From: a bacterium
GTDB lineage: Bacteria > Bacillota_I > Bacilli_A > RFN20 > CAG-826
Assembly (NCBI GenBank): GCA_963616935.1
Contig: CAVEMS010000004.1
Span: 69,459-133,458, forward strand
DNA length: 64,000 bases
Direction: 5' to 3'
A program made the position numbers and the translations under genes. The notes under the pieces were generated by a model, which saw only the letters and a program-made list of their open reading frames with translations, was not told the origin of the DNA and ran no database searches. Shown here piece by piece: positions 9,327 to 18,731 of this stretch; positions within the stretch are counted from its first letter, which is position 1, and each line of letters starts with the position of its first letter.

Positions 9327-10052
9327 ATGGCAAACATCGTAATTTTCGAAGATCCGTTGGCGAAGCTCTTAGGCGATTGGTCGATATCTTTAGACATTTA
9401 TTCAGTCGTCTTCAGGCTGGCGTTAGCAGTTTTGGCCGGAGCGATCATTGGCTGCGAAAGATCCAACAAACGGCATTCGGCCGGATTAAGGACATTCATT
9501 CTAATCACATTATTAGGAAGCGTCGCGATGATGTTAGATCTAGCGATTGTCGGCGATTCCTCGACTCCCCTATATCTCTTTAGCGCCGCCTCGATCCTTG
9601 GCACCGTCGTCGTAAGCGGAAACTCCATCCTCTTTAATGCCAAGAAGCAGATCAAAGGCCTCACCACTTCCGTTGGCCTATGGGTTTGCCTATTGCTAGG
9701 GCTTGTGATCGGCATCGGATTCTATCTCATCGCTTTAATTCTTTTGGCATTGCTTTTGGCGATTTTAATGCTCTTCCCATTCATCGAAATAGCGCTCAAA
9801 AACCGCTCAAACCACTTCGAAATCCATTTGGAATTAACGGAAAAGGCGAAACTCCAGGACTTCATCTACACCCTTAGGAAATTATCCATAAGCGTCGATG
9901 AGCTTGAAATCAATAGCGCATACATCGGATCCGGTTTAAGCGTGTACACAATCGCATTGACTCTCGAAGGAAAAGAAAACAAATTGACGCATAAAGAAAT
10001 AATAACAGCCCTTTCGTCCTTGCCTTATGTGTCATTCGTCAACGAAATCTGA
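9327..10052 (+). CDS. MgtC/SapB-family membrane protein
   Basis: MgtC signature LALAVLAGAIIGCERSNKRHSAGLRTFILITLLGS. It lies 12 bp downstream of the antiporter, so it is probably co-transcribed. Confidence 0.7.
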   Translation: MANIVIFEDPLAKLLGDWSISLDIYSVVFRLALAVLAGAIIGCERSNKRHSAGLRTFILITLLGSVAMMLDLAIVGDSSTPLYLFSAASILGTVVVSGNSILFNAKKQIKGLTTSVGLWVCLLLGLVIGIGFYLIALILLALLLAILMLFPFIEIALKNRSNHFEIHLELTEKAKLQDFIYTLRKLSISVDELEINSAYIGSGLSVYTIALTLEGKENKLTHKEIITALSSLPYVSFVNEI

Positions 10053-10388
10053 TATTCGACGCAATAGCAGCAGTTTCGTTTCGCAAAATAACTGCGTTCA
10101 TAGATAAAACGAAAAAGCCTCGTCACAAATGATTAGAATTTGGTGAATTTTATTTTTTTAGAACCATAATGTTGGATATTTTTAATGAAATTTCTACGTT
10201 TTTCGATGCGTTCACTCTAAATTCGGAGCGACTTTTGTGTTTTTTTTCAAATAAAACCCAAAGAAAAAAACCATCCTTCTCCTTTCGATTTAGCTAGAAA
10301 CAATTGCCCGATAACAACACTTTATCGACTCATTCTTGAAACTTCCTTTCCTGATTCTAAAATTGATTTGCTTTCAAAAGGAGAAACT

Positions 10389-11318
10389 ATGAAAAAAGAT
10401 TTTAAGAATCTGGAACCGAAAGATAATTTCTACCAAACCTCGCTATTTTTCCCAATGCCAGTCGTCATGGTCGGCACCTTGACGGAAAGTGGGAAAACGA
10501 CTTTGGGCCCCTATTCCCTATTGGCCCCTTATTACATCGCCGGAAAAGGATATTACGCTTTCTTGCTCGAATGCCGCAATTCATCGAATACCGCACAAAA
10601 TATCCTAAGAACCGGCAAGTGCACGATCAATTTCATACCCGACGACAAGAAGCTTTTCAAAGAAGCGGTCAGGATGGGATGGCCCGGAGACTTACCAGAA
10701 GAAAAAATGAAGGGATGCCTATTCCATTTGGAAGATTCTCAATCGAAGGATTTGGATCCTAATGGCGAATACCCTCAAATAGTGTCCGAGTCCTTCCAAG
10801 TCGTCGAATGCACTTGGATGAGAGAGCTCGACAATGCGAAAGACGACAAGCCTGGAGAATTGAATGGCTATGAAGGCCCATATCACGACTTTAACGGCAT
10901 CACCTCCAAGTTCGGCGCGCACTTCATATTAAGAATCGACCACATCGACATGAAGGAGAAATATTGGAATTCCATCGTCAATGGCGTGAACTCACACAAT
11001 TTTCCACCCGTCCCCGTCGATTATGGATATCGCGACAGCAAGAACTTCTGGTGCTCCAAATTCAAGCGCCCGAGGCCAGAATTGCTCCCAATGCGTCAAA
11101 CAAGCGTCTCCAGCGTGCGTTACGCCGCGGAACGCCTTCAAACGGACGTCAAATTCACCGACGACGCCCTCGAAAAGCTCGTTAAAGTCCCACGCGTCTT
11201 CTTACCTCTCGTCCTAAAGGGCTGCGTCAAATGGGCGGAAGAGAATAACGTCAAGACGATCACCGCCAAAGAGATGGACATAATCAACGACAAAAGGGCG
11301 AAGGAAAAACAAAAGTAG
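10389..11318 (+). CDS. flavin reductase-like domain protein (FMN-binding split-barrel) with unknown C-terminal domain
   Basis: N-terminal PMPVVMVGTLTESGKTTLGPYSL resembles the flavin reductase-like domain. Start chosen at MKKDFK with RBS AAAGGAG; the track ORF starts at 10368. Confidence 0.4.
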   Translation: MKKDFKNLEPKDNFYQTSLFFPMPVVMVGTLTESGKTTLGPYSLLAPYYIAGKGYYAFLLECRNSSNTAQNILRTGKCTINFIPDDKKLFKEAVRMGWPGDLPEEKMKGCLFHLEDSQSKDLDPNGEYPQIVSESFQVVECTWMRELDNAKDDKPGELNGYEGPYHDFNGITSKFGAHFILRIDHIDMKEKYWNSIVNGVNSHNFPPVPVDYGYRDSKNFWCSKFKRPRPELLPMRQTSVSSVRYAAERLQTDVKFTDDALEKLVKVPRVFLPLVLKGCVKWAEENNVKTITAKEMDIINDKRAKEKQK

Positions 11319-11486
11319 TCAATCGACAAAATAACAGATAACGGCTCACTGCACGTGGGCCGTTATTTCGTTTTCAAAACCCTTTCGGACGCATTGTCTC
11401 GCCGCTTACGTTCACCAACGTGTCGCCGCTTATATAATCAAGCTTTACGAAACGGCCCAAAACACATCGAGAAAAGCAAATAATCA

Positions 11487-12875
11487 TTGAAAAAATGCAA
11501 AGTTCACACATTATATGTTGGTATGAAGAAAACAAAAATTATCTTACTCGCTTTAGCGGCATCTATATTGCCTTCTTGCGGCAATAACGACGGCATTCAA
11601 AAGGACAGCCTTCCCGAAGATTACGCGAATTCCGTCAAAAGCTATCTCAAAGCGCTTAAAAACATCCATAACTACACCGTCAAGGAAACGGTGTCTTCCT
11701 CCAAAGCGACCTCTTCGAACTATGCTGAGATCAAATTCGACAGAACCAACTACTTCTATTCCTTTGGCGCGAGTTCCTATGGGTACATAGAATCGAAAGA
11801 CGGCGTCTATCCGATCAACGCAAACGGCGATTCTTTAATCGGCGGAGAAATATATCGCGACGACGAAGGGAAGGCCTACTCATCATTATGGGGCAACGAT
11901 TTCTTCGTGAGCTTCGCCGATTTCATCGACGAACAAATCGATTCGATGGAAGACGGGAAGGATCTTATCGCCGTGAAGGGAAAGAACAATAAGCTCAAAT
12001 TGCTCTCGATGTTTGGTTTGAATTCGTCCTACTACACAAGCATCATTGCGATGGAAGCGAGCGTTAATGACGATAGCGACTTGGAGTTTAACGTCAGGGT
12101 AAACGACGTAAGCTCAGGCGCCACCATATATGTGAATGCGATAGTGACTGATTTACTCACCACCGAAAGTGAGGAAGTCTCTGATTTCTTATCCAATGGC
12201 GGCACCCATTACGTTATCGATAGCGACTTCGCGAAAGCGAGAACCCTAATGAAGGGCAACAACTACACCCACGACTACTATGACGAAGACGGTAATGGCG
12301 TCGTCGGAACGGAATATTTCAACGAGAATTACTATTTCGGGTACTGGGACCCTTCTTATTCCGCCAAAATGGCTTTGGAAGGGCAAATCCTCTATAGCCA
12401 GGGATTAGTCGGAATAGATCATAAGAAAACAGCTGAAGGGGTTCTTTTAAACGGCTGCTACCTAGTCACCATAAGCGGCAATCAATTCACTGTGAACCTT
12501 TCCTTCCCATATAACGAAAATCCTTCGGTCCCAACCGCCTATCACTACCCAAGCTTCCTCTCATTATGGAGCAATCCGGAATTCTTTGTCGCCACCGAGG
12601 CGCCAGAAGGGCTAGACGCATATTACGTAACCAACGATTCGATCATCTTGGATGATTTCGTAAGCAACTTCAGCATGGAATCGATGGTCGCAAGCGTGTC
12701 GCTTAAAAACCTCTATATCGGCTGGCACGATATCGATGCCAAGGAAGGTAACGAAAGATTCATCCGTTTCGCTTTGGAGACAAGCGGCGGAGACGTGATA
12801 TACGACTTCCATAACTTCGGCACGACGAAGATACCAGGAATCGACGCATTCCTTGGAACGCTCCTCGATCAATAG
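11487..12875 (+). CDS. lipoprotein, hypothetical (probable start at 11523 MKKTKII)
   Basis: Signal peptide with lipobox LPSCG; no catalytic motif recognised. Convergent with the large lipoprotein operon. Confidence 0.55.
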   Translation: MKKCKVHTLYVGMKKTKIILLALAASILPSCGNNDGIQKDSLPEDYANSVKSYLKALKNIHNYTVKETVSSSKATSSNYAEIKFDRTNYFYSFGASSYGYIESKDGVYPINANGDSLIGGEIYRDDEGKAYSSLWGNDFFVSFADFIDEQIDSMEDGKDLIAVKGKNNKLKLLSMFGLNSSYYTSIIAMEASVNDDSDLEFNVRVNDVSSGATIYVNAIVTDLLTTESEEVSDFLSNGGTHYVIDSDFAKARTLMKGNNYTHDYYDEDGNGVVGTEYFNENYYFGYWDPSYSAKMALEGQILYSQGLVGIDHKKTAEGVLLNGCYLVTISGNQFTVNLSFPYNENPSVPTAYHYPSFLSLWSNPEFFVATEAPEGLDAYYVTNDSIILDDFVSNFSMESMVASVSLKNLYIGWHDIDAKEGNERFIRFALETSGGDVIYDFHNFGTTKIPGIDAFLGTLLDQ

Positions 12876-12883
12876 CCAACAAA

Positions 12884-12918
12884 CCATCAAAGAACGTGCG
12901 AACCACGTTCTTTTTTTT
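12884..12918. terminator. rho-independent terminator (GAACGTG-CGAACC-CACGTTC followed by a T9 run)
   Basis: Hairpin plus T-run between convergent genes; a second hairpin at 12940-12972 serves the minus-strand operon. Confidence 0.5.
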
Positions 12919-12987
12919 AATCCCAAACATTTTGAGAAAGAAAAAAGAGACCGGATAGCCGATCTCTTTTAGTCGTCTTATCGTCTT

Positions 12988-15663
12988 TTAGGCATCCATC
13001 GTGAACCACTCGTACTCAACGACGTCGTTTTCCTCTTCCGGATAGCCGATTAAGTAGTTGGTTTCCACGTCGTCTTGGCCGGACCAAGTCTCCTCAGTCG
13101 CCCATAAGCCAATCAAACCGTAGTCTTCTAAGGTCGTACCGCCGATTGAGAAGCTAACCATGGCCCCATCCGTCGAATAACTGTTTCCAGCATCCAAGAG
13201 GCTGATGCTCATCGCGCCATTATCGCCAAGGGAATAGTTGTAATAGAAGTTATAGACGCTATCACTTGCGGTCAAAGTCAACGTGCCCTTCTTATACATC
13301 ATGCCATTGTATTCTTTGCCGTTTTCCGAGGTGAAGCTAAGTTTGGCGGCGACGAAAGTACCATCCATATAGCGAGGATCGGTGTCCTCGACGTCACTAT
13401 AGTTATGAGCGGTCCAGGTCGTTCCTTCGATTGAGGAAGGTAATAACGAGGCAGTGCCCGGATTGATGGTCAAAGCGATCGCGCTATTGACCTCCGAGTT
13501 CCGTTTGTCGGTGACGGTGATGGTCTCGCTAAGAATCGTATCGGTCGTGACTTTCGAAGCGTCGATCGTCAATACGAAAGCCGGATATGATCTAATCGTC
13601 CAAGGGGTGGCCGTGACTTGTTCGCTAAGAGAAAGGGTAATATTCGGATTGCTACAAGAGACAACGGGTTTCGCGACGCATTTATGATTTTCGTTACCAC
13701 GTTTGGAGCCCCATAAGTAGACTTTGATTATACGGCCCGCTTTCATGTTTATTTTGCTAGAAGTGACATCATCGTCGCTTTGGTTTCCATACGCCCAAGC
13801 GTAGTAATCAGTCGGTGTCGGGGCTTCGTCTACCGTGACGCTAACTTTGGTGGTGACGTCATTGGTCGTGTGGTTGCCGATCGTCACTTCCGTCGTTCCT
13901 TCGTCAACGGCAATCCATTGATACGTATTGGTCGTGTCCGTCGAGACGACATTAGGATCGTCAGAAGAGATAATGCCATATTGCCAGCTATCTAACGCCG
14001 TGCTCGGCAGATAATCGTAGTTCAAGACGGAGGTATAGCCAATGGCCGTATCATCCTCTATCGTCTCCAAGCTCGGATCGCGACGCGCTTCGTCAAGCAC
14101 CTCGGCATATTGGACGTGGCCTTCCTCTTTCGTCTTATCCTTCTTCGATTTGACGGTGAGATTAGAGATCGAGGAGATGAAATATGGCGTCGTGTCAAAA
14201 GAAATGGCGTCCGTTAAAGCGGCCCCATAGCCATAGGAGACACTGCTGCTGCGTTTGATGGTTCCTTCCATGCCGGTTTTAATGCTGCCGCCATTATTGG
14301 TGTCGTTGTTATTGAAATTCCAATTCTCCTTCGTGAAGTGAGTTTCTAAGAAAGTGACGCTAGAAAGAGTGCCGTCGGCGTTAAAGACAATAGTCGTGTC
14401 ATATTGATAACGGGTTTCGACGGAGCTTGAATCGGAATAGTTCTTCCAAGCGTAGATCGTGACCTTATATCCGCCATCCTCAGTAGTCTCAGGCGTAAAG
14501 ACTCTATTACAGGCTTTGGTCTCGTCTTCGATGGAGTAACCGACATAATAACCATATTGGATCTCGCTATTGATGCTTGCGATTTCGTGCGATGGGGTGA
14601 TCATATCGTGCTCAGCGTCGAAGTGGGTTTTCTCATAATGCGAATTATTGACCTCGTCGACGATAGAGTATTTGGCGGAGAATTTCGTCTTGTCTTGTGT
14701 CTTGGTCCTATCGTAATAGGTGACGGTATTGTCAAGTATGTCATCGGAATACTTGCCGGTTTCGATATATTCGTCGACGACTGTATAGACGTTGTCTTTG
14801 ATGGCCTTATAGACTTTGCTTTCTTTGTTGGTGCTATAATTGGTGACCGTCGCCAAAGATCCGTCCTCATGTAGATCCCAATTGTAGTTTATCTGCCTAA
14901 GGGAATCGCGATAGGAAACGTGATTGACGTTTCTAACATTAAAGGTTCCGGTATCGAGGACGTTACGTCCGGCATAGGAGCCGCAGAAATAGCTATTAAG
15001 CTCGCTTGCGGTGCTAGGAGCCTTCAAGATCCCGGTCCTATAGATGACGATCGGCTTCTCTTTCGAAGCGTCGAAGGTGATCTCATAGGTGGCATTCCCA
15101 CCGACGGTTATATTCGAATTCTTGGAGCCAGGTTGAAGGATATCGCCATAAGAACGATTCAAGTCAATCGCCATGAAATCGTATTCTTTGCCGCCGGCAA
15201 CAAGCAAAAAGCTAACGTTATTTTGAGCGGTGAAGTTGCCTTTATAGGTGCCATCGTCTTGCACATCTAAAGATGCCGCGACATCGCCGTTTATAACGAC
15301 ATCGCCTTCAATGCTTAAAGTAGCCGTTATCGCCACCGCTTTATCGCCCATGACGAAGGTGTAGGTCGTGTCGTTGACTTTCATGCAAGGCGTGCCATTC
15401 GCGAATAAGCCCGTTAACGTGTACTTTTCCTCTAGTTTCACAGTGATCGTGACCGTCTCGCCTTTAGCAGCCGTCGTCTTATCGAAAGTAAGGGTTATGG
15501 CGTCCGAAGTGCGGTCGATGACGGCATAAGTCGTGGCAGGACGGCTCGAGGAGTTTCCTCCTTCGCCGCCTTGATTTCCACCATTATCGTTTCCTTCGCC
15601 GCAAGCGGACAAAAGAGTCATCGTGGCGAGGACAAGCAATGATTTCTTGATTATCTGTTTCAT
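12988..15663 (-). CDS. large surface lipoprotein (891 aa), last gene of the five-gene operon
   Basis: Signal peptide with lipobox LSACG and a Gly/Asn-rich linker. The beta-rich N-terminal module resembles an InlB-B/Listeria-Bacteroides-repeat-like fold (pattern only). Confidence 0.6.
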   Translation of the reverse strand: MKQIIKKSLLVLATMTLLSACGEGNDNGGNQGGEGGNSSSRPATTYAVIDRTSDAITLTFDKTTAAKGETVTITVKLEEKYTLTGLFANGTPCMKVNDTTYTFVMGDKAVAITATLSIEGDVVINGDVAASLDVQDDGTYKGNFTAQNNVSFLLVAGGKEYDFMAIDLNRSYGDILQPGSKNSNITVGGNATYEITFDASKEKPIVIYRTGILKAPSTASELNSYFCGSYAGRNVLDTGTFNVRNVNHVSYRDSLRQINYNWDLHEDGSLATVTNYSTNKESKVYKAIKDNVYTVVDEYIETGKYSDDILDNTVTYYDRTKTQDKTKFSAKYSIVDEVNNSHYEKTHFDAEHDMITPSHEIASINSEIQYGYYVGYSIEDETKACNRVFTPETTEDGGYKVTIYAWKNYSDSSSVETRYQYDTTIVFNADGTLSSVTFLETHFTKENWNFNNNDTNNGGSIKTGMEGTIKRSSSVSYGYGAALTDAISFDTTPYFISSISNLTVKSKKDKTKEEGHVQYAEVLDEARRDPSLETIEDDTAIGYTSVLNYDYLPSTALDSWQYGIISSDDPNVVSTDTTNTYQWIAVDEGTTEVTIGNHTTNDVTTKVSVTVDEAPTPTDYYAWAYGNQSDDDVTSSKINMKAGRIIKVYLWGSKRGNENHKCVAKPVVSCSNPNITLSLSEQVTATPWTIRSYPAFVLTIDASKVTTDTILSETITVTDKRNSEVNSAIALTINPGTASLLPSSIEGTTWTAHNYSDVEDTDPRYMDGTFVAAKLSFTSENGKEYNGMMYKKGTLTLTASDSVYNFYYNYSLGDNGAMSISLLDAGNSYSTDGAMVSFSIGGTTLEDYGLIGLWATEETWSGQDDVETNYLIGYPEEENDVVEYEWFTMDA

Positions 15664-15684
15664 GATTTTCTATCCTTTCTATGA

Positions 15685-16449
15685 TTATTCTTCTTCTATC
15701 GGATTGAATATCCCGACGAAAGAAATATTTGAATGAAGATGGAGAATGTCGCCGGTGTTCCAAACGGCGAAATAATCCAAGACGAGATCGGAGACCTTCC
15801 AATTCGAGATCTTATAGATATACCAATTGTCGTGGTCTTCCGCTATATCGTCATAAGTCGGATCGTAGCTATAGGTGAAGCTTTCGTTCTTGAACGTGAC
15901 GCCACCGGATTCGGTACCGCTTATATAACCGGTTCCATCGTCCATGAAGACCATGCTCACCGTGCCAAAGGTCGAGGAATAGTTGACATCGGTCATATAA
16001 TGATCGACCTTATATAACTTTTCGGTCGCTTCCTCTTCCGATAGCTTCTTTTTGACCGTCACGACCTTCCGATAATGGATGATCGTGTCACCATCTTCGA
16101 TTATCAGATGGCTTTGCCCCTGCTTATGGGTCTTTAAGGTCCATATCGTCTTCGATTCGTTCGTTTCAACGGTCAAGACGTTCGGATTATCCGTATAGAC
16201 GTTGATCACATCCGTCGGGTTATCCGTCAAAGAGAAGGTGATTGGGTATGACGAATGCCCGGCCAAAGGAATCCCTAAGCTTATTTCGTTTAGGAAGCCT
16301 GAGGCGGAGGCAATAATTCCGCTTGAGCAATCCTCCAATTCCTCGATCACTGTATGATCGACGTCATCGATGGTCGGTAAACCGTTCGTCTCGCCGCATC
16401 CGGCCAGTAGGCATAAGCCAGTCAATAATAGTAACAGTTGTTTTTTCAC
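15685..16449 (-). CDS. lipoprotein (254 aa), hypothetical
   Basis: Lipobox LAGCG. Apparent GTG start preceded by TAAGGAGGT RBS. Confidence 0.55.
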   Translation of the reverse strand: MKKQLLLLLTGLCLLAGCGETNGLPTIDDVDHTVIEELEDCSSGIIASASGFLNEISLGIPLAGHSSYPITFSLTDNPTDVINVYTDNPNVLTVETNESKTIWTLKTHKQGQSHLIIEDGDTIIHYRKVVTVKKKLSEEEATEKLYKVDHYMTDVNYSSTFGTVSMVFMDDGTGYISGTESGGVTFKNESFTYSYDPTYDDIAEDHDNWYIYKISNWKVSDLVLDYFAVWNTGDILHLHSNISFVGIFNPIEEE

Positions 16450-16460
16450 GTTTTACCTCC

Positions 16461-18656
16461 TTAAGCCACTAGCGAGAAGACGGTGTTTTTGAAGTAGGCG
16501 CCGTTAACGCCGCCGTTGGCGGTAAATTTATCGGTGGTGGCATTATAAACCAAAGTCACCGTGAAACCATTTTTATTGGCCGCATCGTAGAATTTGGTCT
16601 CAATGGTAGTTCCATTGCTCACCGCATATTCGATATTGTTAGTCTTATAGTTTCCACCGTAAGCGCAATTGAGGTCAAATTTGGCTTCATCACTATGGAA
16701 TGTCACCGTATATACTCCAGTGTCATCGTCATCGTTAGCTCCCCATTTGGCCGTTCCTTTATAAGACTTGCCATACCACGCCGGAACGCTCACCCCTTCT
16801 TCCTTCGTGACGGTGAAGGTCTTGTTATCGACGTCTATCGTCACGTTGATGGTTTTATCGTTACTAGAAAGAATAACGTTTGAACCATCGATCGCATAAG
16901 CGTACGTATCGTCGCCATATTTGGCATCCGACAAACCGTTTAGATATAAGGTAGCGCCATCAGCTGACGTATAAGTGCCGTATTCGTCTCCAAGAGCGAC
17001 CCTATTCCCGGCACCGCCGTTGCCTTGATAGCCGACGCTTACGACGGTTTCGTCTCCGTCTTTGATTCTGAATATCGCTTTCGCATCGGTCGGATAATCG
17101 CCTTGGAGCATCTCCGTTACAACGCCGAATTTGATGGTGTTGATCGGAGTGTCGCTGGAAGCGACCCTTCTTTCGATCAAGACGTTCTCTACCAAAGCGT
17201 CGTCCTTATAGAAAGAGGCCAACGCATAGTTGACATCGCCTATGGCGAATTGGGTTGATTTAGTCGAATATGTCGCATTAGTGTCGCTAATCTTAAGGCC
17301 GACGCTTAAATCGTTGGAAGTTTCAACGCCACCGCCGAAATAGGAATCGAAGACGATGCAGTTATCGTCATAGGCGATGGATGTCGTCGAATACTTTCCA
17401 TTTTGGCTCGTGGAGATCTTCCCTTCGCCCGTCGAAGCGGTCGCGCTATCGACTAAATATCCGGTTTTCTCGCTTTTGGCGCTCACTTTATAGGTGATTT
17501 CGCCAGAACCTGCGATCGTGATCTTCGAATCCTCAGCAAAGGAAGAGACGTCTTTAGCGGATGTTCCACCGAAGACAACGCGCGAATATTCGCCAACGAA
17601 GTTATAGTCTTTGTAAGCGGTTAGGTTATATTCGCTGACGGTGATAGTCACGCCATTATCGAGGCTCGGAAGGGTGAAATGATAATAACCATCCTCATAG
17701 GAGCTAACGATATTGGTGCTTGAACCACCAGCAGCAGTATAGGTAAGAGATTTGACGGCGTAATCGCTGTCAGAGATGACGGCTTCGACATAAACGACTT
17801 TGTAAGGGATATAGGAATCCTTTATTTCCGTAACTTTGTCTTCTTCATATAGCGATAACGTTATGTGCTCCGAATTGTTCACCTTGATTGAAATTGGCGT
17901 GCAATCGCAAGAAACTTTGATGCTTGTGGCTTTGGAAGGCATAACGAAGGTAAAGGATGTGGCACCTTTCTCTAAGACGACGCTCTCGCCGTTGACTTCG
18001 ATGCCGGTTAACTCATATCCGGTAATCGAATCCTTATAGTCGACTTTTATCGTCGCCCCGAATTCGGCGACGTTATAGCTCGTCATCGTCTCCTCCCCAT
18101 CATCCACGTCGGTCTCGGTGATGGTATCGAGATCCGAATAATCGGATGCCCCGACCTTCATTTGTGTCACTGATTCTATGAATTCTTGGGAGCCGTTAAC
18201 AGTCACTTTGTATTTCTTCCTAACCGTCGTGACGTTGATGGAAACACCTCTTTTTGGCATCGTGAAGGAATAATCGCCATCAAGGCCTTCGGTTAGGGTA
18301 ATCGCACTCGTTCCCGATTTCGCCTCTATGCTACCAAGTTCGAAACCATCGAGGACATTCAAAACGAAATGGACCTCGGTTCCCGCTTCCGCTCGAGCCG
18401 CTAAGCCGGTTATGGTTGCGCCAGAATCCGCATTTGCGACAATCGAATACGTTTTCGTTTGATCGCTCGAAGAATCGGAATCGATAGGCGATGGATCAAC
18501 ATTCGAGGAAGAGGCATCTCCCCCGTCCGTCGAGCTCGTGCTTTCAGCGCCGTCCGAGGATATGCCAGCATCCGAAGAAGAATCGTTGGTTCCACATCCC
18601 GCAAGAACGAGAAGCGAGGATAATGCCATAACGAGAATTTGTTTGTTTTTCTTCAT
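16461..18656 (-). CDS. large surface lipoprotein (731 aa)
   Basis: Lipobox LAGCG and an S/D-rich low-complexity linker. The N-terminal beta-repeat module is similar in pattern to that of the 891-aa protein. Confidence 0.6.
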   Translation of the reverse strand: MKKNKQILVMALSSLLVLAGCGTNDSSSDAGISSDGAESTSSTDGGDASSSNVDPSPIDSDSSSDQTKTYSIVANADSGATITGLAARAEAGTEVHFVLNVLDGFELGSIEAKSGTSAITLTEGLDGDYSFTMPKRGVSINVTTVRKKYKVTVNGSQEFIESVTQMKVGASDYSDLDTITETDVDDGEETMTSYNVAEFGATIKVDYKDSITGYELTGIEVNGESVVLEKGATSFTFVMPSKATSIKVSCDCTPISIKVNNSEHITLSLYEEDKVTEIKDSYIPYKVVYVEAVISDSDYAVKSLTYTAAGGSSTNIVSSYEDGYYHFTLPSLDNGVTITVSEYNLTAYKDYNFVGEYSRVVFGGTSAKDVSSFAEDSKITIAGSGEITYKVSAKSEKTGYLVDSATASTGEGKISTSQNGKYSTTSIAYDDNCIVFDSYFGGGVETSNDLSVGLKISDTNATYSTKSTQFAIGDVNYALASFYKDDALVENVLIERRVASSDTPINTIKFGVVTEMLQGDYPTDAKAIFRIKDGDETVVSVGYQGNGGAGNRVALGDEYGTYTSADGATLYLNGLSDAKYGDDTYAYAIDGSNVILSSNDKTINVTIDVDNKTFTVTKEEGVSVPAWYGKSYKGTAKWGANDDDDTGVYTVTFHSDEAKFDLNCAYGGNYKTNNIEYAVSNGTTIETKFYDAANKNGFTVTLVYNATTDKFTANGGVNGAYFKNTVFSLVA

Positions 18657-18731
18657 TTTTTCCCTCCTAATCGGTGTCTCATAATACGCGAAGAAGCCGA
18701 GGAACTCCTCGGCTAATTCGCTAAATGATTG